Below, one piece after another: positions 23,221-36,223 of a stretch of DNA of 64,000 bases. Below the pieces are notes generated by a model. The model did not search any database. It saw nothing but the letters and a program-made list of their open reading frames with translations, and was not told where the DNA came from. The DNA lies in assembly GCF_009914755.1 (NCBI RefSeq), contig NC_060925.1. One strand, given 5' to 3'. This DNA is from the human T2T-CHM13v2.0 reference genome, Homo sapiens. Both the position numbers and the translations under genes were made by a program. Every line of letters begins with the position of its first letter. Position 1 is the first letter of the stretch.

Positions 23221-24516
23221 GTGGCAGGTGGAGGTACTCTATCTAGGAAGATGGAAATTACTGCAAGTTCTCCAATATTGACGGGTGTTAAGCTAATCTG
23301 TTTATTGACCCTACTGTGTGGAAATTTTGAAAGTCGGAGGGCAAAGATGACTATGAGAAGCCAGTCCACCAAATGCCTAAGGTGACTGAGGTTCCCTCAA
23401 TTTACTCATGATAAGAATTGACAAAAGGGCATGAGTCTCTTGGCACAATTGGGTGAGGACCTAAACATAGGCACATGAGTGTGTAAAATAGTTAGGCAGT
23501 GGAGAAGACAATGTCTGGGTCTTCTGACCATGGATGAAAATTAGAATGCTTGAAAAGACTTCATGTAAAGTGGATGCAACTCTTGGAGGAGGTAACAAGA
23601 AAACCCTCTGTTGACTAGCCCTATTGCGGTCAACAAGCAGTTGGTGCTCTAGGCTTGATAAAATTTAGGTTTACCCCTTCTGTCATGTAGCATTTTCAAA
23701 GGTTTCTTGGAGCTCCCTCCCTCCGTATGCTGAGGATCTGCCACCTACCTTCTCACAGGTAATGCAATCAGGGTGGCCATTTTTTTTTCTATTTGGTCCC
23801 TGGTTCTTTGATGCAGCTTGGGGATGCACTGGACAGGTACCTGACTCATACCTGGGAAACTCAAAGAGGGAGTTGCTGCTGAAACAGCCTATGGCTGCAG
23901 AGTCAGGACTGCCAGTGGGGAAACTTGCATCCCTATTGAGGACTCAAATGCACATGCATCAAACTCTCTGAATGGTCTCACTGACACCCCTCTCACCAGG
24001 CTTGAGATGAGGGACAGGCACCGTGGGTGGGAGGGGATTCATGGCATAGCTTTCTCCAAATGAATTATCTTCCTCTTATTTTCAAATCTTAACTGTTTAT
24101 GCTACCAGTATAAATGAGAGCTTACGAGTCTTATAACTAGTTTCCAGAAATGGCTTTGCAGATTTTGCACGTGGAAATTATTCCCCAAGAGGGTTCATTG
24201 TACCCTCCAAGTGCTTCAGGGTTTGTGAAGTATTTGAGGATAAGTGTGAAGAACAAATGAAAATAAGTCCAGCTGTGTGGTTTGGGCAAAGTGTACAGAT
24301 AATGGGAGAGCTGAGAGGCTTGGCTATGTGTCCTTCTCTAAATCTGGGGCTTCCACAGTATTTGACTTTGTGTAACTGTTTCACTTCTCCAAGCTTCAGT
24401 TTCTTTGGCTGCAAAATGCCCTGTCTGCCTAGCAGGGTGCTCTGAAACTATTGAGATCATAGACAAAGAACGTACTCTTCAAATGCAATAATAATTTTGT
24501 TCCCTTTTTTCCCCAA

Positions 24517-24790
24517 CCCTGGCTGAGTCACCAACCATCACAGCAGACTGGTGCAACATCACCATGGAGGGCAAGGCCCTAGGGACCGCAAAGGATTTGA
24601 ATGTGACCTGGGAGAGCAAGGGCCTCCCCAAGAAGCTGGAGCAGAGTGGGATATCGAGATCAGCCGCCAACCCCTGGACCCTGACTGTGAGCCTGCCTGA
24701 GTTGATGCAGCTCAATGCCAGCCTTATCTGTGTGGTCAGAAACTTCAAGGACCAGAAAACTGTCACCTTAGATTTTGGAGGAGTCTGTTG
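24517..24790 (+). pseudogene. SLAM/CD2-family IgC2 pseudo-exon, copy 2
   Basis: LAESPTITADWCNITMEGKALGTAKDLNVTWESKGLPKKLEQ...ANPWTLTVSLP...NASLICVVRNFKDQKTVTLDFGGVC aligns to 1506-1802; acceptor deleted, donor absent, B-strand Cys changed to Gly (24570-24572). Confidence 0.85.
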
Positions 24791-25317
24791 GGCTTAACAT
24801 AATGCCAAAATATGAGTGTGCCCAGTTCTGAGGACACTTCTTTCCCAGGAGATTGGGGGTGCAGTGTGTTGTTGCTCACCATCTCCAGAAATATCCAACC
24901 TTCCCAGCCCCCAAGACCATAAGAGGTGGGGAGATCCAGAGACACCATAGTTGGTACATGTGCCAAAAAACTGCAGAAGGAGACAAATCAGGTACTTACC
25001 TCTACTCGGCTCTGAATAGCCATTGCATAAATGAGGAGTCATATTCGTAAGGATTGACCTCCAGATAAAAACTAATATCAGTTGAGGAAGATACAGGATG
25101 GCAGGTTTGGACTCATTATATTAAAAGAGCTTTCTATAGTTTGAGTCATCCAAAAAAGGAATAGAAGCTTTGGGACACAGTGAGATTCCTGTCAGTGGTG
25201 AAGCATATATATATACACAGGCACAGCCACTTGGTAGGGGTGTTAGAAGTGCAGGAGGAAGTAGGACTCCTGGTGAATTTCCTTCCAGTGACCCATTCCT
25301 AGATTTTAAGAAATCCT

Positions 25318-25760
25318 TGTATTGGTAGTCAGGTTTTCTAGAGAAACAGAACCGATAGTATACACACACACACACACACAAACCACATTTTCAGAATTGG
25401 CTCATGTGACTGTGGAGGCTTGGTGAATTCAAAATATGTTATGGGAGGCCATGAGGCTGGAGAATCAGGAAATACTTGAAGTTTGAGTCTAAAGGCAGAG
25501 TGCTAGAAAACCAGGAAGGGGCAGTGTTGCAGATAAAGTCTGAAGGCAATCTCCTAGGGAAGTTTTCTTGCTCAGGGTGGTCAGCCTTTTGTTCTATCAA
25601 GGGCTTCAGTTGACTGAGGCCTCCCAACATTATGAAGGACAATCTGCTCTATTCAGTCTATTGATTTAAATGTTAATCTCATTCCCAAACATCCACACTG
25701 AAACAGTCAAAATAATGCATGACCATAAATCTGGGCACAATGACCCAGAAAATTTGATGA
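25318..25760 (-). mobile_element. MLT2-family (ERVL) solo LTR
   Basis: gtcaggttttctagagaaacagaacc...gaattggctcatgtgactgtggaggct...gatttaaatgttaatctc. Confidence 0.8.
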
Positions 25761-26055
25761 GACTTTATTTCATCTTTCTGTGGTTTGTCAATTTTCCAAG
25801 ACACAATAAACCTTTCTATCTTCTGCCAAGCTTTAAAACATATTTGTTGGCACAGAAACTAGCAATTCTTTAGAGGCTTAAAGCAATTCACCAGTAATAG
25901 GACACCTCTCTAAGCAAGGCTGCAAGAGCTCTCTGATCTACAGAAATGCTAATCCTGAAGAGGAAGGAAAAACAAGCCAGGCAGTTTGTGGTAGTAATAA
26001 AGGTGGAGTTAAAAATGTATTTAAATAATATAAAGTTAAAAACTTTTACATATAA

Positions 26056-28318
26056 TGTATCCAGTTGGTTCTTACTCTGCTACAAAGAAATACCCAAAAG
26101 TGTGTAATTTATAAGGAAAAGAAGTTTAATTGACTCACAGTTCCACATGGCTGGGAAAGCCTCAGGAAACTTACAATCATGGCAGAAGGTGATGGGGAAG
26201 GAAGGCACCTTCCTCACAAGGCAGCAGAAAAAAGAAGTGCTGAGGAAAGGGGAAAAAGCTCCTAATAGAACCATCAGATCTTGTGAAAACTCATTCACTA
26301 TCACAAGAACAGCATGGGCATAACTGCCCCCATCATTCAATTACCTTCCACCAGGTTTCTCCTATGACATGTGGGGATTATGGAAACTCCAATTCAAGAT
26401 GACGTTTGGGTGGGGTCACAGCCAAACCATATAATTCTGCCTCTGGCTTCTCTCAATTCTCATGTCCTCACATTTCAAAACACAGTCATGCCTTTTCAAT
26501 AGTCCTGGAAAGTCTTAGCTCATTCCAGCATCAACCCAAAAGTCCAAGTCCAAAGTTTCATCTGATACAAGGCAAGTCCCTTGTGCCTGTGAGCCTGTAA
26601 AGTCAAAAAGAAGTAGTTACTTCCTAAATACAAAGTGGGTACAGGCATCGGGTAAATACACCCATTTCAAATTGGAGAAATAGGCCAAAACAAAGGGGCT
26701 ACGGGCCACATGGAAGTTCAAAATCCAATAGGGCAGTCATTAAACAATAAAGTTCAAAAATGATCTCCTTTAACTCCATGTCTCCTATCCAGGTCACACT
26801 GATGCAAGAGGTGAGCTCTTGCAGCCTTGGGTAGCTCCATTCGTGTAGCTTTGCAGGGTACAACCTCACTCTCACTTCCTTTCACAGCTGGCATTGAGTG
26901 TCTGTGGCTTTTCCAGGCACTCAGCTCAAGTTGTCGGTGGATCTACCATTATGGGGTCTGTAGGATGGGGGCTGTCTTCTCACAGCTCCACTAGGCACTG
27001 CTCCAGTGGTGACTCTGTGTGGGGGCTCCAACCCCACATTTCTCTTTTGCACTGCCCTAGCAGAGGTTCTTCATGAGGTCTGAAACCCTGCAGCAGACTT
27101 CTGCCTGAACATCCAGGCATTTTCATACATCCTGTGAAATCTAGGTGGAGGTTCCCAAAACTCAATTCTTGTCTTCTGTACACTTGCAGGTGCAACACCA
27201 CGTTGAAGCTACCAAGGCTTGGGGCTTGTGCCCTCTGAAACAAGGGTCTGAGCTGTACCCTGGCCCTTTTTAGCCACAGCTGGAGTGGCTGGGATGCAGG
27301 GCACCATATTCCAAGGCTGCGCAGAGCAGGGGTGCCCAGGGCTTGGCCCAGGAAACTTTTTTCTCCTAGGTCTCCATGTTTGTGATGGGAGGGTCTGCCT
27401 TGAAGGCCTCTGACATGCCCTGGAGGCATTTTCCTCATTGTTTTGGTGATTAACATTTAGCTCTTTATTACTTATGCAAATTTCTGCAGTTGGCTTGAGT
27501 TTCTCCTTAGAAAATGGATTTTTCTTTTCTGTCATATCACCAGACTGCAAATTTTTCAAATTTTTATGCCATGCTTCCCGTTGAAGACTTTGCCACCTAA
27601 AAAATTTCTTCTGGGAGATACCATAAATCATCTCTCTCAAATTCAAAGTTTCAAAGATCTCTGGGGAGGGGCAAAATGCCACCAGTCTCTGCTAAAGCAT
27701 TGCAAAAGTGACCTTTATTCCAGTTCCCAACAAGTTCCTCATCTCCATCTGAGACCACTTCAACCTGGACTTTATTGTCCATATCACTATCAGCATTTTG
27801 GTCAAAGCCATTCAACAAGTCTTTAGGAAGTTCCAAACTTTTCCCCATTTTTCCATCTTCTTCTGAGCCTCCCAAACTGTTCCAACCTCTGCCTGTTATC
27901 CAGTACCAAAGTCACTTCCACATTTTTCCGTATCCTTATAGCAGTGCCACATTCCCTCAATGCCAACTGACTATATTAGTTTTTTCTCATACTGCTATGA
28001 AGAAGTACCTGAGACTGAGTAATTTATAAAGAAAAGAGGTTTAGTTGACTCACAGTTTTGCATAGCTGGGAAAGCCTCAGGAAACTTACAATCATGACAA
28101 AAGGTGATGGGAAAGAAAGGCACCTACTTCACAAGGAGGAAAGAAGGAGAAGTGCTGAGCAAAGTGGAAAAAAGCCCCTGATAAAACCATCAGATCTTGT
28201 GAGAACTCACTCACTATCATAAGAACAGCATGGGGGTAACCACCCCCATGATTCCATTACCTCCCAATGGGTCCCTCTCATGATGACATATGGGTAGGGA
28301 CACAGCAAAACCATATCA
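26056..28318 (-). mobile_element. Complete THE1D-like MaLR: LTR 26056-26434, internal region, LTR 27972-28318
   Basis: Two homologous THE1 LTRs, THE1-int sequence, TSD tataa/cataa. Confidence 0.92.
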
Positions 28319-28740
28319 CATAACGTAAAATTTTATCCATTTTTCTAACATTGCCTTCCTATCATCACACTGTAAAACAAACTAGTTTCCTCTTAACTCA
28401 TCAATGACACCTAAACTCCTTTTCCTCATGCTGTATCTACTTTCCCTATGTCTGTCTAGAACTCATAGAACTCATAATGGCAGCAACTTTCTTCTCCAGC
28501 TCCCTGCAGCAGATGCAGGGACACTGCAGGCTCTCTTACCTTTCCTGCCAATGAAGCAAAGGTGGCCTCACCTCCCTGGTAAATGTGCCCTTAATGCAGC
28601 CAAGACTGCCCTGGCTCAGGATTCCCAGCCTCCTCACCACCAAAGGGCCATTTCCAACCAAATATGCTGCATTTGTACATCATAAAGGAGTGCCCTTGTC
28701 TTTTCGTTCTCCAAAGACATCAGAACCTGAACAGCACACC

Positions 28741-31700
28741 TGCCCCAAGACCAAACTGAGGGTCAGGCTGCTTATTCTCACAGCCAAATAATGAGATGCA
28801 GATGGACTGGGAAAGGAGGATGTTTATTTCTGTAACCCGGTACAGGCAGAAGGTCTGGAAATTATCCCCAGACCAACTCAAAATTACAAAGTTTTCCAGA
28901 GCTTATATACCTTCTGAACTACATGTCTACATGTAAATGTCCATTCATTTAAAGACATAAGTGATTGACTTCTTCTAATCTATAACTAAGATCTGAGTCC
29001 TGAAGACCTTCCTCTGGAGCCTCAGTAAATTTTCTTAATCTAAATGGAAGCAGATGTGGAGTGATTACACTTACTTCATCTCCTGCTAAGACATGGAGCT
29101 TTGAGGAGTTTCTTCAGACCCCCAATAAACTTGTTTGTAGAGGCCTGGGGACTTTCTTCAGATGAAACCTGTTTAATCCTAAATGGGTCCTGTTAAGAAT
29201 TCCTTCATTATCTTGTCAGGCTTCAAGGCCCAGGAAAGGCCTAGGCAAAACTCTTGGTGACCTTTTGTTACATTCCAGTCTTTGTATAAGGGCACTGACT
29301 CTTTCAGCTTTTAATAATTAACTTAACCAGTCAGTACTAAAACAGTTGTTATGGAGGCCTACATTAGGGAGACCTGGCCTGCCATAATCTCCACTGTCAA
29401 TTTGCGCATGATTTCTATCATGCTTGTATATTTATTTATCATAAGAATCATAGGGAGATGGGGCATCATAATGTTTCTAGCTACTTCCTGCTGAGAGGGG
29501 GTAATTGTTATGGGGCACCGAATGCAGCATTGGAGTGGAAAAGGTCAATTTGTTGCCAGTTGTACTCTCTATTTTGGGGGCTTAGGAGCAGCATCTGCTG
29601 AAACATAACAGTATGCAACAGCAACACATATAAGTAGATTGCTGCTGTTTTCTTCTGAAGTTTAAGTTATCTAGTCTTCAGTTTTCAGGGCTTTAAGAAG
29701 GCACAGCTTAGGCTGCAGTGATTTCCAATTAGGAAAAATGGGAACAAAAAAAAAAAGAAAAAGACAAAAACTGAAAGCACTTTTTGGAGATTTGTAGCCA
29801 GGAAAATTAGAATTTAATCCAAACTGCACAAAATAATAAAAATTGAGAAAACATTAGGCAAGATGAGAATCTAACAAAGGTTAGTGTACTATAGTTTTTG
29901 AAACATTATTTTACTCTCAAATTTCCAATTGTTACTAAAGACAAATTATGGTAGGCCTGATTTGCTTTATTATAATTGGTCAGATTGTTTGAGTAAAGTG
30001 CAGCAAGAATAATTATTTTTCACATAAGCCTTTTAAATTGGCTTTGATGGAACTTTGTTCCATGGAAGGAATCTAAGATGAGACCTTTTAAGGCCAAGCC
30101 TAGCCATGGATTTGTACCATCAAATATCTATGAGTTGGGTGAATTCCTCTCCTCTTGAAATTCTAAGATAACTTGGGGCTCCTGGCCTGTCAGAAAGTGA
30201 CATTCTTTACTTACACAAATCAGGAACCTTGTACATGGACTGTGTAGACAAGGTATGAGGCTTTCCCAATGGGCTTTTATTGGCTCTATAAGTCCAGTTT
30301 GATTCCTTAAAGAAAAGCACATCATTCCCGTCAAAGCCTTGGTAAAAATAACCCGTTTTTCCAATTGTGTCCTGTTATAAATGTAAACAGGTTCTTATGG
30401 CACTTATGCAAGTAACTATATTGCCATAAGTTAAGCATATTCATAATAGTTTACAAATTCTGGAGAAATCAAGTAGAGATAAAAAAAAGCTCCAAATATT
30501 GTTCCTAAGGGTCCACTTTACATAATTGTTAAAAGCTGTCAAGAGTGTAAAAGGTTTTTTTACTCTAAAAGCAAAACAGCAACGTTTTAAGCAAAAAGTC
30601 AAAAAGATTATTTCAGTCTCCCATTCGTTCAGCTCATGCAGTTAATTCCTGTCCTGCTTCATATTAATGAACATTTTATCTCTCCAAGGGTCCTGAACAT
30701 TTTTCCTCTATTCTGATGTCACAATCTCCAAAGTGATAAGAAACCTGCATTCAAGAGCACCTGTTAGAGCTTTATAGTTGATTATAAAACCAGCTTCTAA
30801 AGAGGACCAAAACAAGACAACAATTGTTGATGGGTGACAAAAAGTCTTAGGGTGGCCATAGTCAAAGACACAGTTGACAATCTGTTACCTCTGTGACACA
30901 CAATAATTTAACATAAAAATTATAATTATTACTGATAATGTACACTGAGATATCAGAATTATAGGAGTTTCCCATAACTTTGGTACACATACCAATAACA
31001 TATTTATACAAATATAACCCAAAGTAAGCCAAACACCATTTTATATTTGACAATGCTTTTTGTATGATTTTTGTACCACATAAGTGAAAATTCACCTTTA
31101 CATTAGTGTACTATTAATGTTAAACCCAATTCTTAATAAAACCTTATAGACATATCTACCCAATTTTAATGTTTGATCATAAGGTAAGATTCTCATAAAC
31201 CTTTTATAATCTTTTACTATTTTTGTTGAAGAGGAGTTTAGTGTTCTAAGAGAAACCTGTTGTGCTTTTATTTCAGTGTTCAATTTACAGAAAAGCTGGG
31301 TAATATCCCTTTAAATTTAGCCAATATGTTCACACACAATTTATTTTACAATTAATTTTCTCATAAACCTTCCACAACTTGCTTAAACCTTCAGCTTTAT
31401 TTTATTTAAAACAATCCTTTAATCTTTTAGACAAAAAAATCGACATTCTCACGCATTATTATAATCTTTTTTTTACCAAAAGTATATTTTTTTACACAAC
31501 TTGCATGTAAAATTGTCTCTTCAGTAGTCTCAAATACATGTTACACTGTTAGCTCTTAGCAAATTTTACTTCTAGTGAAAACTTTGGTAAGTTTGGGATT
31601 TTAATTATGTAACAGGTGTGGGGCCTAGGACCTAGACAGAAGTGCAGATAAGGTTTGACTTTTTCTAGCATCTAACTCCATGTGTCCCAGGCCTTACCTA

Positions 31701-34700
31701 GCTGTAAAGCAGACAAGTTGTACAGTTAAGAGTCATAGTTGCCTTTTATGAAGCATTTAGGAGGCCTAATTACCTTTAAATGGTACAATGTTTTTGTATA
31801 AATTCCCTTTCATAAATTCTTTCAGGACTTTCATCCCTCTTTCTAACCATACCTCTTTCTAAAACAACCAGTCATTTTATTCTAGGACTAAATTTCCCAT
31901 ACAAGATTCTCTTTTATGTAAAGTCATTTTTCTTCAAGCTTTTTACCAAAAATAACTGTTTTTATAACTTTATATCTCTCATATTTTCTGGTTCCCTTTA
32001 CCTTGTTTTATGTATAACTAAATAAGCTTTGAATTCGACAAAAAGTATTTACCCTTTAAAAGGATACAGTTTTTATAAAGAATGTTTTCCTATATTTTTA
32101 TTGGAAAATACCCAAATAATATCTATTGTTTAACTTAATGTAACTTTAGATTTCAGATTATGACAAGTTTGTCTATAAGTATTTATCCCATTACATTTAC
32201 CTAATTATTTGTTTACCTAGATTATTCAGGAAAACTGTGATAGTTGTTATTTAATGTTATAAAACTGCCATTGCAAAAGTATTACTGAGACAGTGAAAAA
32301 GACTTCTTGCTTCTGACCTCCAAGCTATTCTTATTAAGGTAGTTTATAGTTTAGCTTTGAAACAAAGATGATAACAAAACAAACCTCCTTCACCCCTGTG
32401 AACTAGACTGCCTAAAGCCACAAGACTAGAAGTTATGGTATTTTGCTAAATAATTCGAGATGTAGCTATTGTGTCCGGAATTGGTGGGTTCTTGGTCTCA
32501 CTGACTTCAAGAATGAAGCCGCGGACCCTTGCGGTGAGTATTACAGCTCTTAAAAGTGGCGTGTCTTAAGTTTGTTCCTTCTGATGTTCGGATGTGTTCG
32601 GAGTTTCTTCCTTCTGGTGGGTTCATGGTCTTGCTGGCTCAGGAGTGAAGCTGAGGACCTTGGCGGTGAGTGTTACAGCTCTTAAGGCGGCGCGTCTGGA
32701 GTTGCTCCTTCCTCCTGGTGGGTTTGTGGTCTCGCTGGCTTCACGAGTGAAGCTGCAGACCTTCGCGGTGAGTGTTACACTTTATAAAGGCAGTGTGGAC
32801 CCAAAGAGCAACAGAACAAACCTTCCGCACCGTGGAAGGGAACCCTACCAGGTTACCACCGCTGGCTCGCGCAGCCTGCTTTTATTCTCTTATCTGGCCA
32901 CACCCACATCGTGCTGATTGGTCCATTTTACAGAGAGCCCAGGGGTCTGTTTTGACAGGGTGCTGATTGATGCGTTTACAATCCCTGAGCTAGACACAAA
33001 GGTTCTCCAAGTCCCCACTAGATTAGCTAGATACAGAGTGTAGACACAAAGGTTCTCCAAGTCCCCACCAGAGTAGCTAGATACAGAGTGTCGATTGGTG
33101 CATTCACAAACCCTGAGCTAGACACAGGGTGCTGATTGGTGTGTTTACAAACCTTGAGCTAGATACAGAGTGCCAATTGGTGTATTTACAATCCCCTAGC
33201 TAGACATAAAGGTTCTCCAAGTCCCGACCAGTCAGGAGCCCAGCTGGCTTCACCCAGTGGATCTCCCACGGGGGCTACAGGTGGAGCTGCCTGCCAGTCC
33301 CGCGCCATGCGCCCACACTCCTCAGCCCTTGGGTGGTTGATGGGACTGGGCGCCATGGAGCAGGGGGCTGCACTCATCTGGGAGGCTGGGGCTGCACAGG
33401 AGCCCACGGAGTGGGGGGAGGCTCAGGCATGGCCGGCTTCAGGTCCCCAGCCCTGCCCCGCGGGAAGGCAGCTAAGGCCCGGCGAGAAATTGAGCGCAGC
33501 GGCTGTGGGCCGGCACTGCTGGGGGACCCAGCACACCCTCCGCAGCCGCTGGCCCGGGTGCTAAGCTCCTCATTGCCCAGGGCGGCAGGGCCAGCCGCCG
33601 CTCCGAGTGCGGGGCTCGCCAAGCCCACGCCCACCCGGAAATCCAGCTGGCCCGCAAGCGCCCCGTGCAGCCCCGGTTGCCGCTCGCGCCTCTCCCTCCA
33701 CACCTCCCTGCAAGCTGAGGGAGCCGGCTCCGGCCTTGGCCAGCCCAGAAAGGGGCTCCCACAGTGCAGCGGCGGGCTGAGGGGCTCCTCAAGCGCCGCC
33801 AAAGTGGGAGCCCAGGCAGAGGAGGCGCCGAGAGCGAGTGAGGGCTGTGAGGACTGCCAGCATGCTGTCACCTTTCACTATCTTCACTAAACCATATTGG
33901 TGTTTTATTTACTAAAAATTACACAAGCAAAGATCATTCTCTTTTGGTCTGAGTTTTAAGTTTTGTATACTCTATGCCAAATTTTGACACCTTATAGTAT
34001 CTGTCAGTGATAAGCATGAAATTGCTTGATCAATAAATGCAAAGAAAAATGTATCCTGGCAAATCTTCAGGCATTTCTAATGTTACTTTACCAATATTTT
34101 TAAGGCTCACTTATTTATCAAAGATTTTACTTGAGTCACGTAAACACGAAAAAGCATTTGAATAGTCTCCTTTTTTCTGTTAAAGCACTTAAGAACTTTT
34201 AATTTTCTTAAGCCAATTAGAGTTCTTTTATATATTTTCAGTAGTAAAACACTGTGTACACAACACATAAATACATAGATGTATTAAGCATGTCAATAAC
34301 AGTACATCTTATAGATTCATAATATCTCATTTTTTCCTATCTTAGATTTGCAAACTCTTGATAACCTGGTTTATTACCCTGGCAGTTGTCAGATAAGTAG
34401 CCCTAAATCTGCATATTGAAAAAAAAAAAACTCTTAGGTGAAAAATCAAATAGCAAAACCTTAGGTTTTCAAGATGGGAAAATTATTATGAGGCTGGATC
34501 ATGTGATGCTTTTACAGTGCACTTAAAAATTTTTTTCCCCAAAGACATTTCTAAGTGTCTAAACTACACTTTTTCTTAAAAACCCAGGAGTACCTTCTGT
34601 TGCAATAGCTATTAATGAACAAAACAGAATTCAGTCAACTAAGAAGAAAAAACTTCTGCTCAAAAAAAAAAAGACAAGGTCCTAGAAGAGAAAAAAACAG

Positions 34701-35957
34701 AAACAAAACATGAAGGCCTTTTAAATACAAGCACACATACACACATTTTGGATGACAGCTTTTAATTAAGCTGACTCTTAACCATTGAGCTCCTAAAAAA
34801 GTCTTTTTCCTTCCCAGAGGGCTCCCAGCAGGAATAGACCCAATATCTTCCATTTTTAAGCTTACATGGTATCAAAAGGGACAAGAGAGATACACAAATG
34901 AGTGAAGACAGATTTCAGATAAACACAAGGTTGTGTGCACTCAGGCAGAGCAGACTCAAAACCAACTTAAAACCTGATTTTAACCAAAATGCAAGGTGGG
35001 TGTATGAGTGAGCCCTATTGCTTCCCTAGTGGTACCAGGCAAATGGCTTAACAAGCCCAGATAGAAAAACAATAGGCTCCCAGCATACAATCCAGTTAAA
35101 TCAACCTTTGAGTGCTCCTGATTTCCTTTCTTTCCCAGTAGTGAAGCGGATGTGCAGTTTCATGGACAAGGTAGCCCTCAAGAGGGTCCTCGGAAAAATC
35201 TTACCTGGCAGCTGCTGGGATGCTCCTGAAGACTGTCTCTTTGCAGGCTGCTAGCCACTGAATGCAGCACCATCCCAGTGGCTACTGGCTGCCTTGCCAA
35301 ATTGTTTCCCAGACCAAACCAAGGGTTGGTCTACTTATTCTTGTGGCCCGATAATGAGATGAAGGTCAATTGGGAAAGGATGGTGTTTGTTTCTGTAACT
35401 GGGTTCAAGGAGAAGATCTAAAATTATCCCCAGACCAACTCAAAATTACAGTTTTCCAGAGCTTATATACCTTCTAAGCTATATGTCTATGTGAAAGTGT
35501 GCATTCATCTAAAAACATAAGTGATTAACTTCTTCTAATCTATAACTAAAATCTGAGTGCTGAAGACCCTTCTCTGGAGACTTAGTAAATTTGCTTAATC
35601 TAAATGGGTCCAGGTGCTGGAGTTATTACCCTTATTTTGTCACCTGCTAAATCAAGGAGGTTTGGGGAGTTCCTTGAGACCCCCAATAAGCTTGTTTGTG
35701 GAGACCTGGGAAGTTTCTTCAGACCCTCAATGAAACTTGTTTAATCCTAAACAGGTTCATTAAGAATTCCTTTATTATTTTGTCATGCTTCAAGGCCCAG
35801 GAAAGGCCTAGGTAAAACACTTGGTGGGGTTTTGTTACATTGCAGCCTTTGTATAAGGGCACTGACTCTTTCAGCTTTTAATAGTTAACTTAACCACTCA
35901 GTCAGTGCTGAAGTAGTTGTTATGGAGGCCTGCATTAGTGAGACCTGGCCTGCCACA
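28741..35957 (-). mobile_element. PABL-type (MER4-group ERV1) non-autonomous provirus; LTRs 28741-29386 and 35303-35957
   Basis: Two ~650-bp homologous LTRs (TGTGGCAGGCCAGGTCTCACTAA on the - strand), 4-bp TSD CACC, Arg-tRNA-like PBS TGGCAAGGCAGCCAGTAG (35282-35299, - strand), AT-rich internal region without long ORFs. Confidence 0.82.
32470..33877 (-). mobile_element. Solo LTR12C (ERV9), CpG-rich
   Basis: Canonical ends tgtgtccggaattggtggg and gctgtcacctttca, repeated gattggt (CCAAT) and ctagatacag units, TSD CTAT. Confidence 0.95.
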
Positions 35958-36223
35958 CACCTGGTAGTCAGGGCCCAGCTAGCCCACCCCCACCCAAATG
36001 ATCTCTCTTTCCAGGGACCTCACCACTCACTGAGGAGGAGGCTGATAAATCCCTAGAGCTGGGAAGCCAAGCAGAGGGGCTGGTCCTTAGTGCAGGGCCT
36101 TAAAGCAGGCTGCCTGCCACTTGTTCAGCTGCAGAGGAAACAGCAGAGGGGGACAAGGTAAGAAAAAAAGAAAACCTTGAGCATTGGAGTCCTTACACAT
36201 TCTTCCAGGATGAAACTAGCAGT

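Noticed and set aside
23221-23880. Possible retroviral pol/env remnant after the HERV-F-like breakpoint
   Set aside because: Only isolated weak motif hints (QVEVLYLG, IDPTVW); could not be assigned with confidence
26980-27875. 157-158 aa ORFs
   Set aside because: Fragments of the THE1 internal region
33186-33890. Overlapping 85-185 aa GC-rich ORFs / CpG-island gene
   Set aside because: Entirely within LTR12C; the ORFs are a by-product of high GC content
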